Assembly (NCBI GenBank): GCA_041650935.1
Contig: JBAZKH010000001.1
Span: forward strand, 283,337 to 347,336
Direction: 5' to 3'
DNA: 64,000 nucleotides
Source: Candidatus Omnitrophota bacterium
GTDB taxonomy: Bacteria > Omnitrophota > Gorgyraeia > 2-01-FULL-45-10
Position numbers and translations under genes: made by a program. Shown here one piece after another: positions 27,799-36,217 of this stretch. The notes below the pieces were generated by a model. It was not told where the DNA came from and did not search any database. It worked only from the letters and a program-made list of their open reading frames with translations. Within the stretch, counting starts at the first letter, position 1, and the number at the start of each line of letters is the position of its first letter.

Positions 27799-29244
27799 AT
27801 GTATATATATAATTCCCTTACGCGAAGGAAAGAAGAATTGATACCGCTTGTGAGCGGCAAGGTCGGCATCTATGTATGCGGGCCCACGGTTTATGATGAG
27901 CCGCACATAGGCCACGCCAGGAGCGCGTATATATTCGATTGCATAAGGCGGTACCTGGAATACAGGAATTACGAGGTAGAATTTGTCAGGAACGTTACCG
28001 ACGTGGACGATAAAATTATCGAGAAGGCTAAGAAAGTTGCCGGCTGCCGGCTGCCGGCTGCCGGCCTGGTGGATGCGGTGGAAGGGATATCGAAGAAATA
28101 TCTCGATTCTTACCATGCCGATATGGACCTTCTGGGAATACGCAAACCCGATAAAGAGCCGAAAGCGACCGAATATATCCGGAAGATGATAAAATTCATA
28201 GAGCTTCTCATCGAAAGAGGCTCGGCTTATGCCGCCGGAGGAGATGTCTATTTCGATATAAAGCGGGCAAAGAATTATGGTAAATTATCGAACCAGAATA
28301 TTGAAAAGATGGAGACCGGGGCCAGGATAGCGCCCGGAGAAAAGAAACGGGATCCGCTCGATTTTGCGCTATGGAAGACGGCTAAAGAAGGTGAGCCCTC
28401 ATGGCCAAGCCCGTGGGGGCCGGGCAGGCCCGGCTGGCACATAGAGTGCTCGGTCATGAGCTCCGATATCCTGGGGGATGAATTCGATATACACGGCGGC
28501 GGGATAGATCTCATATTTCCGCACCATGAGAACGAGATAGCGCAATCCGAGGGAGCAGGCAAAAAATTTGCCAGATACTGGATACATAACGGCCTTCTTA
28601 CGATCGACAGCGAGAAGATGGCCAAGTCTCTGGGTAATTTTATATCGATAAAAGATTTTCTTGCGAAGTACAAAGACCCGGATTACCTGAAGCTGCTCTT
28701 TTTAAATACGCACTATAGGCATCCGGTTGATTATACCGAAGAGAAGATATGCGAGATGAAGGCGCAGAAGGAGAGATTTCTGATCCTGTTGGGAAAAATC
28801 GATAGAGTTATGAAAGGTCGCCGGTCACCGGTCGCCGGTCACCGGTCACCGGGTGAGACAGAGGTATTTAAAAATAGATTCGCGGAGGCGATGGATGACG
28901 ATTTCAATACGCCATTGGCCCTGGCCGTCTTATTCGATGTCGTTACATACGCCAACAAGATTATGCAGACAAGAGACGATTTCGCGCCCGGCGAGATCAA
29001 TGAATTACGCGCGATAAAAGACCTTGTGCTGGGCCTCGGCGGAGTTTTGGGCTTAAAACTTTCGGATGCGGCAGGTGCGGCCGAATTATCCGACGAAGCG
29101 GTCGCTAAACTGCTCGAGGCAAGGGCATCGGCGCGCGGCGCAAAAGATTTTAAACGGTCGGACCTGATACGAAAAGAACTTTCCGATAAAGGCATTATAC
29201 TCGAGGATACGAAAGACGGTACCGTATGGCGAAGAAAAATTTGA
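27799..29244 (+). CDS. cysS: cysteinyl-tRNA synthetase
   Basis: HIGHARS and KMAKSLGN class I motifs; ATG 27799 (MYIYNSLTR) preferred over 27784. Confidence 0.92.
   Translation: MYIYNSLTRRKEELIPLVSGKVGIYVCGPTVYDEPHIGHARSAYIFDCIRRYLEYRNYEVEFVRNVTDVDDKIIEKAKKVAGCRLPAAGLVDAVEGISKKYLDSYHADMDLLGIRKPDKEPKATEYIRKMIKFIELLIERGSAYAAGGDVYFDIKRAKNYGKLSNQNIEKMETGARIAPGEKKRDPLDFALWKTAKEGEPSWPSPWGPGRPGWHIECSVMSSDILGDEFDIHGGGIDLIFPHHENEIAQSEGAGKKFARYWIHNGLLTIDSEKMAKSLGNFISIKDFLAKYKDPDYLKLLFLNTHYRHPVDYTEEKICEMKAQKERFLILLGKIDRVMKGRRSPVAGHRSPGETEVFKNRFAEAMDDDFNTPLALAVLFDVVTYANKIMQTRDDFAPGEINELRAIKDLVLGLGGVLGLKLSDAAGAAELSDEAVAKLLEARASARGAKDFKRSDLIRKELSDKGIILEDTKDGTVWRRKI
28039..28066 (+). repeat. heptanucleotide tandem repeat (GCCGGCT)x3 + GCCGGCC inside cysS
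   Basis: Encodes low-complexity insert AGCRLPAAG in a normally conserved CysS region. Confidence 0.8.
28816..28850 (+). repeat. heptanucleotide tandem repeat (GGTCRCC)x5 inside cysS
   Basis: Encodes RRSPVAGHRSPG low-complexity insert. Confidence 0.8.
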
Positions 29245-29879
29245 ATAGGGGTATATTCATTACATTTGAAGGGCCGGAAGGGTGCGGCAAGAGCACACAC
29301 GCCCGGGCCCTGTATAAATTTTTAAGGTCCCGTTTATATAAATGCGTTCTTACGCGTGAGCCCGGCGGTACCCGGTGCGGAGAAGAGGTCAGACGCATAC
29401 TGCTCCATTCCGACGGCGTCGAGATATCGGACATGGCGGAGCTGTTTCTCTTTGAGGCCGCGCGCGCCGAGATAGTCGAAGAGGTAATACGGCCGGCGTT
29501 AGCGAAGGGTAATATCGTGATATGCGACAGGTTCGGCGATGCGACCGTCAGTTATCAGGGTTATGCGGGAGGTATCGACATAGCCGCGATAGAATCTGTC
29601 AATAAAATAGCTACCGGTGGACTTGAGCCGGATATTACGGTCTTACTCGATATCGATACTATGACGGGCCTGAAACGCGCTAAGGCTAAAGGTGTCGACA
29701 GGATGGAGCGGAAGGCGTTTGCTTATCATGACCGGGTAAGAAGAGGTTATCTTAAACTTGCGAAACGGCATCCCCGGCGGATTAAAATCATAAAAGTTAA
29801 AAAGACGATAGCGGATACCCAAAAACTGGTCCGCTCGGAGGTGGGGCGTGTCATTCAGGGATATAAGAGGTCAGGATAG
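29226..29879 (+). CDS. tmk: thymidylate kinase
   Basis: FITFEGPEGCGKST P-loop. Confidence 0.9.
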   Translation: MAKKNLNRGIFITFEGPEGCGKSTHARALYKFLRSRLYKCVLTREPGGTRCGEEVRRILLHSDGVEISDMAELFLFEAARAEIVEEVIRPALAKGNIVICDRFGDATVSYQGYAGGIDIAAIESVNKIATGGLEPDITVLLDIDTMTGLKRAKAKGVDRMERKAFAYHDRVRRGYLKLAKRHPRRIKIIKVKKTIADTQKLVRSEVGRVIQGYKRSG

Positions 29880-30810
29880 CGCGACGCTCTTCCTGCGCCG
29901 CTCTATCGAAAGCGGCAGGATATCGCACGCATATCTCTTTGCGGGCCCGTCGGGTGTAGGCAGGCGGCTCGCGGCGCTTGACTTTGCAAAAGCGGTCAAT
30001 TGTCTCGACCCGAAAGCCGGCGCGTCCTGCGATATCTGCGGTCAGTGCAGGAAAATAGATGCGTCGAACCACCCGGATGTCATCATTTTTTCCCCGGCAA
30101 AAGCGGACGCGAGTTTTGGCATAGAGCGGATACGCCTCCTCGAGCGGGAGGTCGGCTTAAAGCCGTATGAGGGGAGGCGGAAGGTATATATACTCGATAG
30201 CGCGGATGCTATGACGCAGGAGGCGCAGAACGCGCTCCTTAAGACGCTGGAAGAGCCGCCGTCGGAATCGGTGCTGATCCTGATAACGGAAAGCCCGGCG
30301 TCATTATTCCCCACTATACAATCCCGCGCGCAGAGCGTCAGGTTCTTTCCTCTTCCGCCGGAAGTGGTCGGGTCTATATTGACGGATCTTCATAAGGTAG
30401 ATAAGGACAGGGCCGGGATATTATCGAGGGTGTCGTCGGGTTCGGTAGGCAAGGCTCTTGAGTACAATACGGCGGATTTTTTCAATATACGGCGGCGGGT
30501 AATAGGGTCTCTGTCCAATGGCGCGTTTGCGGATCAGGATCTCGATGGTTTTTCTAAACCCGAATTGAGACTCATCCTGGATATGGTCCTGACATGGTAT
30601 CGCGATATATTGGTTACGAAGGCGTTTGCGGACGGTTCTCCGGAGCTGGTTAATATCGATAATCTCCAGCCTATCCGCGAGGCCGCGCGCCGCACCAGTT
30701 TCGGCGAGCTTAACAATGCAATAGAACAGGTTATCCTGACGGGCTCGCTTCTTGACCGTAACGCGAATCCCAAACTGGCGATGAGCGTTCTGGGGATGCG
30801 GATATCTTAA
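29848..30810 (+). CDS. holB: DNA polymerase III delta-prime subunit
   Basis: HAYLFAGPSGVGR motif; GTG start with AGGTGG Shine-Dalgarno, overlapping the tmk 3' end. Confidence 0.8.
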   Translation: MSFRDIRGQDSATLFLRRSIESGRISHAYLFAGPSGVGRRLAALDFAKAVNCLDPKAGASCDICGQCRKIDASNHPDVIIFSPAKADASFGIERIRLLEREVGLKPYEGRRKVYILDSADAMTQEAQNALLKTLEEPPSESVLILITESPASLFPTIQSRAQSVRFFPLPPEVVGSILTDLHKVDKDRAGILSRVSSGSVGKALEYNTADFFNIRRRVIGSLSNGAFADQDLDGFSKPELRLILDMVLTWYRDILVTKAFADGSPELVNIDNLQPIREAARRTSFGELNNAIEQVILTGSLLDRNANPKLAMSVLGMRIS

Positions 30811-30843
30811 GATTATCTAACCCGGTTAGAAAGAGGAGATATT

Positions 30844-31626
30844 ATGTACGAAGTGGTCCAGATAAGACTGAGGGAGGCAGGTAAGATTACATATTTTTCG
30901 CCCGGCGGCATGCGTTTCAAGGTTGGCGAGTATGTCGTCGTGGAAGCCGATAGAGGGCTCGATTACGGACAGGTGCTATCGGAAACCGGGGCGCTGCTCG
31001 ATTCCGATATCGACGAGCCTTTGAGGAAGATTATACGAAAGGCGAACCCGTGGGATATGCACCAGATCGAGAAGAACAAAAAGAAGATACACGAGGTCAT
31101 GAACGCCTGTTCCAGAAAAATACAGGAGAGGCGTCTGCCCATGAAACTTATCGACGCCGAGTTCTCGTTCGACCGGTCGAAGATCATATTCTATTTTACC
31201 GCGGAAGGAAGGGTCGATTTCAGGGATCTTGTCAAAGATCTTGCCAACCTTTTTAAGACGAGGATAGAATTGAAGCAGATAGGCGTGCGCGATGAGGCGA
31301 AGATCCTGGGCGGTCTCGGGCCGTGCGGCAGGGCGCTATGCTGCGCGACATATCTCAAAGATTTCGAACCGGTGACCATAAAGATGGCGAAGGAACAGAA
31401 CCTTCCGCTCAACCCTACCAAGATTTCCGGCCTTTGCGGCCGGCTTATGTGCTGCCTGGGTTACGAGCACAAGACATATAAAGAGCTGATGAAAGGCCTG
31501 CCGCGCGAGGGCGAGATGCTCAAGACGGAGAAGGGCACGGGTAAGATAGTGGGCGTGAATGCGCTCAAGCGTTCGGTTACCGTCGAGATGGAAGACGGGA
31601 CTTTGGTTGAGGTAAAATATAAATAA
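30844..31626 (+). CDS. PSP1 domain protein (YaaT/RicT-like)
   Basis: GLGPCGRALCCATYL and GLCGRLMCCL cysteine motifs typical of PSP1/YaaT. Confidence 0.85.
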   Translation: MYEVVQIRLREAGKITYFSPGGMRFKVGEYVVVEADRGLDYGQVLSETGALLDSDIDEPLRKIIRKANPWDMHQIEKNKKKIHEVMNACSRKIQERRLPMKLIDAEFSFDRSKIIFYFTAEGRVDFRDLVKDLANLFKTRIELKQIGVRDEAKILGGLGPCGRALCCATYLKDFEPVTIKMAKEQNLPLNPTKISGLCGRLMCCLGYEHKTYKELMKGLPREGEMLKTEKGTGKIVGVNALKRSVTVEMEDGTLVEVKYK

Positions 31627-31742
31627 ATACGAAATTCGAATATCGAAATACGAAACAAGCATGAAATTCGAAATTTCAAAATTTGAAACATACAAGTTTG
31701 GATAATTCTGATTCGGAAAATCGGGATTTAAACGACAATACT

Positions 31743-33314
31743 ATGGGTAAATTCTATATAACAACGCCGCTCTATTATGTAAATTCCAAACCCCACATTG
31801 GCCATTCCTATACGACCGTGGCCTGCGATGTAGCGGCCAGGTTCGCGAGGCAATCGGGCCGCGACGTATTCTTTCTGACCGGCACCGATGAACACGGCGA
31901 GAAGATCGAGAAGGCCACGCTGGAACGCGGTTTCAAGGCGGGCGAAGAGAAACGGTTTGTAGATGAGATAGTCCCGGTCTTTAAGGATCTATGGTCGCGG
32001 CTCAATATTAAGTACGACTATTTTATACGGACGACCGACGATTATCATGTCAGGACCGTCCAGGGGATACTCAGCAAGATATACGCGGACGGCAGGATAT
32101 ATAAGAAGGTCTATAAAGGATGGTTCTGCATACCATGCGAGACATTCTGGTCCGAGTCCCAGGCGCCCGGCGGCATCTGCCCTGACTGTAAAAGGCCCGC
32201 CGAGAAGCTGGACGAAGCAAATTATTTCTTCAAAATGTCCGAATACCAGGACTGGTTGATCGATCATATAAACAAGAATCCGGATTTCGTAAGACCTGCG
32301 TTCCGGCGGAACGAAGTGCTGGGTTTCCTGAAAGAACCGCTCCTCGACCTGTGCATATCGCGCCCTAAAACGAGGATGAACTGGGGCATAGAGATGCCTT
32401 TCGACAAGGCGTATGTAACCTATGTCTGGTTCGATGCCCTTACGAATTATATATCGGCCGCAGGCTATCCGCACGATATGGAGCGTTTCAATAAATGGTG
32501 GCCGGCCGATTGCCACGTCATGGCTAAGGATATCCTGCGCCATCACGCCGTCTACTGGCCGATCATGCTTAAAGCCGCCGGCATAGAGCCGCCGAAGACG
32601 ATCTTCGCCCACGGCTGGTGGGTCTTTAAAGGCGAGAAGATGTCCAAGTCGAAAGGCAATGTCGTCGATCCGTTCGCGTTTATTTCACGTTACGGCATCG
32701 ATGCATACAGGTATTTCCTTATGCGCGAGATCCAGTTCGGCATGGATGGTTCATTCAGCGAAGATGCTTTCATCTCCAGATATAATAGTGATCTGGCAAA
32801 CGACCTCGGCAACCTGCTGTCGAGGACGCTTTCTATGGTGGAGAAATATTTTTCGGGGAAAATTCCGCCTAAAAGCGCGGAAAGAGCCCTCAGCGGATCG
32901 GGCGCCGGGTTAAAGACGCGGGCGCTGGCGCTGGGCGGGGAGCTTGCGAAGTCTATTCCGGATTTTGACTTTGTGGGCGCGCTTACAAAGATCTGGGAAG
33001 TGATAAACACAGCGAATAAATATATAGAGGACGCAAAACCGTGGAACCTTGCGAAAGAGAAGAAGGTTGATGAACTTGCCGCCATGATGCGCGCCCTTCT
33101 CGATACGCTGCGGATAACGGCTATCGCAATATATCCTTTTATGCCCGATACGGCGGCGAATATCCGGAGCCAGCTCGGGCTCGGCGGCACCGAACCGGCG
33201 AAGCTCTCCGAAATAGTGGAGTGGGACAAGCTGGAGGAGGGTGTTACAATAAATAAGTCCAACCCGTTATTCCCGCGAATCGAAGACAAAACTAAGCCGT
33301 CTCCAAGACCTTAA
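31743..33314 (+). CDS. metG: methionyl-tRNA synthetase
   Basis: PHIGHSYTT HIGH motif, KMSKSKGN; CPDC zinc knuckle; ATG 31743 preferred over TTG 31683. Confidence 0.92.
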   Translation: MGKFYITTPLYYVNSKPHIGHSYTTVACDVAARFARQSGRDVFFLTGTDEHGEKIEKATLERGFKAGEEKRFVDEIVPVFKDLWSRLNIKYDYFIRTTDDYHVRTVQGILSKIYADGRIYKKVYKGWFCIPCETFWSESQAPGGICPDCKRPAEKLDEANYFFKMSEYQDWLIDHINKNPDFVRPAFRRNEVLGFLKEPLLDLCISRPKTRMNWGIEMPFDKAYVTYVWFDALTNYISAAGYPHDMERFNKWWPADCHVMAKDILRHHAVYWPIMLKAAGIEPPKTIFAHGWWVFKGEKMSKSKGNVVDPFAFISRYGIDAYRYFLMREIQFGMDGSFSEDAFISRYNSDLANDLGNLLSRTLSMVEKYFSGKIPPKSAERALSGSGAGLKTRALALGGELAKSIPDFDFVGALTKIWEVINTANKYIEDAKPWNLAKEKKVDELAAMMRALLDTLRITAIAIYPFMPDTAANIRSQLGLGGTEPAKLSEIVEWDKLEEGVTINKSNPLFPRIEDKTKPSPRP

Positions 33315-33377
33315 ATTCGTTGACTTTCCAATCCGTTTGTGTTATTTTATCGTCTTAAATTTGGTAAAGACCCCCAG

Positions 33378-34037
33378 ATGATCGCCAAAAATATAGAGTG
33401 CTTAACACAAAGAGTGGCAAGGTGTTGCGAAAAATCCGGAAGGACGCCGGAGGAAGTAAAGATCGTCGTTGTTACGAAGACGGCCGCGGCCGGACAGATA
33501 GAAGAGGTTATAAAGTCCGGCATGCGCATCCTCGGCGAGAACAGGGTCCAGGATGCTCTTAGTAAATACGCCCTTATAGGAGAAAGGGCCGAGTGGCATC
33601 TGATCGGCCATCTCCAGACGAATAAAGCAAAGGACGCTGTCAGGACATTTTCGCTCATACATTCGGTGGACAGCGTGCGGATCGCCCAGGCTATTAACAG
33701 GGAGGCCGCTAAGCTGGATAAGATTCAGGATGTGCTTGTCCAGGTAAATGTCTCCGGCGAAACGACCAAGTTTGGCATAGCGGCAAAAGAGGCTGAGGGT
33801 TTTATAAAAGAAGTAGCTTTATATCCTAATATTAAGATAAAGGGCCTGATGACGATTGCACCCGAGACGGCAAATCCCGAGGAGGTCCGCCCGTATTTCA
33901 GGGCTTTACGAGAGCTAAGCGATACAATAGACGAACAACTAATCTTATCGATGGGCATGACAAACGATTTTGAGGTTGCTATCGAAGAAGGCTCGAATAT
34001 GATACGAATAGGAAGATTTATATTTGCAAAAATATAA
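33378..34037 (+). CDS. YggS family pyridoxal phosphate homeostasis protein
   Basis: VVVTKT ... ILGENRVQD alanine-racemase-N-like fold motifs; ATG 33378 preferred. Confidence 0.85.
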   Translation: MIAKNIECLTQRVARCCEKSGRTPEEVKIVVVTKTAAAGQIEEVIKSGMRILGENRVQDALSKYALIGERAEWHLIGHLQTNKAKDAVRTFSLIHSVDSVRIAQAINREAAKLDKIQDVLVQVNVSGETTKFGIAAKEAEGFIKEVALYPNIKIKGLMTIAPETANPEEVRPYFRALRELSDTIDEQLILSMGMTNDFEVAIEEGSNMIRIGRFIFAKI

Positions 34038-34135
34038 TGACAAATTTCAAAATCCAAATCAATCATTTAAATCCCAACGATTGGATATTGGTCATTTATG
34101 ATTGATTTGTCATTGGGATTTTGTCATTTGTCATT
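34036..34135. repeat. ~100-bp imperfect palindrome between yggS and proC
   Basis: Left arm AATGACAAATTTCAAAATCCAAATCAATCAT (34036-34066) versus right arm ATGATTGATTTGTCATTGGGATTTTGTCATTTGTCATT (34098-34135); nested AATCCCA/TGGGATT repeats. Confidence 0.6.
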
Positions 34136-34152
34136 ATTGAAATGAGAATAGC

Positions 34153-35025
34153 ATGATACGAGGCAAGAGGATCGGGATTATAGGCTGCGGGAACATGGGG
34201 GAGGCGCTCCTTTTGCGGCTTACTAACGTCGTCGATAAGAGCACCTGTCTTATGGTAAGCGAGGCCGATGCCGCTAGGCGCGATTATATCCAATCGAAAT
34301 ATAAGATAATCGTGGAAATGGATAATAATGCCGTTGTTAAGTTTGCCGATGTAATTATCCTTGCCGTTAAGCCCAAGGATTTCGAAGACGTCTTCAGGCA
34401 TGAAGTCTGCTGCGGTCTTTCAGATAAAAAGCTCCTCATATCGATAGGGGCGGGTATTACGACCGGCTATATCGAGTCCATTGCCGGGAAGGATACCCCG
34501 GTCGTAAGGGCGATGCCGAATATGGCAGCTATTGTGGGCGAGGCGATCACGGCCCTGGCCTCCGGCAGCTCGGCCGGCGAAAAAGATATGGATACGGCGC
34601 GGGAGATATTTTCGCTTGTAGGGGATGTCGTCGAGGTCGACGAAAAGTATATGGATGCGGTAACGGCCATAAGCGGCAGCGGCCCCGCGTATTTCTTCTA
34701 TATTATCGAGGCTCTGACGGAAGCGGCGGAATCGCTCGGGCTTAAGAGCGATGTCGCGCGCAGGCTTGCGCTTAAGACGGCGCTGGGAAGCTCGAAATTG
34801 CTGGAAACCATTAAGACAGACCCTGCTGTGCTGATAAAGAAAGTTGCATCGAAAGGCGGAACGACAGAAGCGGCGCTCAACGTTTTCGAGCATAAGAATC
34901 TGAAAGCCACTATCAATGCCGCTGTCAAGGCCGCGTCTAAACGTTCAAAAGAATTGTCGAGGTCCTTCGGCTCTTCGACCGGCTCAGGGCTTCGTCCGGA
35001 GCGAAGCCGAAGAGCAAGGGGGTAA
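34153..35025 (+). CDS. proC: pyrroline-5-carboxylate reductase
   Basis: IGIIGCGNMGEAL Rossmann motif, P5CR dimerisation domain. Confidence 0.88.
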   Translation: MIRGKRIGIIGCGNMGEALLLRLTNVVDKSTCLMVSEADAARRDYIQSKYKIIVEMDNNAVVKFADVIILAVKPKDFEDVFRHEVCCGLSDKKLLISIGAGITTGYIESIAGKDTPVVRAMPNMAAIVGEAITALASGSSAGEKDMDTAREIFSLVGDVVEVDEKYMDAVTAISGSGPAYFFYIIEALTEAAESLGLKSDVARRLALKTALGSSKLLETIKTDPAVLIKKVASKGGTTEAALNVFEHKNLKATINAAVKAASKRSKELSRSFGSSTGSGLRPERSRRARG

Positions 35026-35028
35026 GAT

Positions 35029-35328
35029 ATGTTCGCGATGAGTAATCTCTTGTATGCGGTAGCGACGATCCTGGATTTTGCGCTGACGGCGGCCAATTGG
35101 CTTATAATCATAAGGGCGCTCATAAGCTGGGTCAGCCCGGATCCGTACAATATGATAGTGCAGTTTCTGTATAAGACGACGGAGCCGTTATTGGCGCCGT
35201 TCCGCAGGCTCTTCCCGATGTACGGCATAGGATTGGACATATCACCGATATTTGCCCTGATACTTATATGGTTTTTAAAACTATTTCTGGTAAGGACCTT
35301 ATTCGGATTTGCGATGAGGATAGGATAA
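35029..35328 (+). CDS. YggT family membrane protein
   Basis: Two-TM YggT/Ycf19 pattern; typical yggS-proC-yggT neighbourhood. Confidence 0.75.
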   Translation: MFAMSNLLYAVATILDFALTAANWLIIIRALISWVSPDPYNMIVQFLYKTTEPLLAPFRRLFPMYGIGLDISPIFALILIWFLKLFLVRTLFGFAMRIG

Positions 35329-35340
35329 GGGGGGGGGATT

Positions 35341-36213
35341 ATGACTGCAAATAAGATCGGCATTATAGGCGGCAGCGGATTTTATAATATCGACGGGATA
35401 AAAGATGTCAAAAAAGTAAAGGTCGCTACGCCTTTCGGCGCCGCTTCGGATGAATTCGTAACCGGAAAGATCGAGGGTAAAGAGGTCGTCTTCCTTGCCC
35501 GGCACGGCAGAGGGCACAGGATATTGCCGGGCGAAATAAATTACAGGGCCAATATATATGGGATGAAGCGCCTGGGCGTAGACGAGATAATATCGGTATC
35601 TGCCTGCGGCAGTCTGAAGGAGGATCTCAAGCCCCTCGATATAGTTATACCGGACCAATTCATAGACAGGACTAATATGGCAAGGCCGATGACATTCTTC
35701 GGCGGCGGTATAGTGGCACATATTCCGTTTGCGGAACCGGTATGTCCGCATATGTCGAAAGCGCTTGCCGCGGCCGGCCGTAAATGCGGCGCCGTCATCC
35801 ACGCGGGCGGCACATACATAAATATGGAAGGGCCGCAGTTTTCGACGAAGGCGGAGTCGAAGCTCTATAGATCGTGGGACGCAGATATTATAGGGATGAC
35901 AAACCTCGCCGAGGCGAAACTGGCAAGGGAGGCCGAAATATGTTACGCAACGCTTGCCTGTATTACCGATTATGACTGTTGGCGCATAGATGAGGCATGC
36001 GAGAGCGTTACGCTGGAGATGATAATCAATAACCTCGCCAGGAATGTGAAACTTTCGAAAGATATATTGAAGGCGGTCCTGCCGGAACTCGGCCGTAAGA
36101 GAGCGTGCGTATGCGCGGCGGCGCTTAAAGATTCGATAGTGACGAGGCCGGAATTTATCCCGCCCGCTACAAAGAAAAAATTAAAACTCATTATAGGAAA
36201 GTACATAAAATAA
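35341..36213 (+). CDS. mtnP: S-methyl-5'-thioadenosine phosphorylase
   Basis: KIGIIGGSGFY N-terminus, PNP/MTAP family. Confidence 0.85.
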   Translation: MTANKIGIIGGSGFYNIDGIKDVKKVKVATPFGAASDEFVTGKIEGKEVVFLARHGRGHRILPGEINYRANIYGMKRLGVDEIISVSACGSLKEDLKPLDIVIPDQFIDRTNMARPMTFFGGGIVAHIPFAEPVCPHMSKALAAAGRKCGAVIHAGGTYINMEGPQFSTKAESKLYRSWDADIIGMTNLAEAKLAREAEICYATLACITDYDCWRIDEACESVTLEMIINNLARNVKLSKDILKAVLPELGRKRACVCAAALKDSIVTRPEFIPPATKKKLKLIIGKYIK

Positions 36214-36217
36214 TACC

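Noticed and set aside
30816-30830. 15-bp odd-centred palindrome TCTAACCCGGTTAGA before the PSP1 gene
   Set aside because: It is a single copy with no repeats elsewhere in the window and is adjacent to a strong Shine-Dalgarno. It is possibly an operator, but the evidence is too thin to call.
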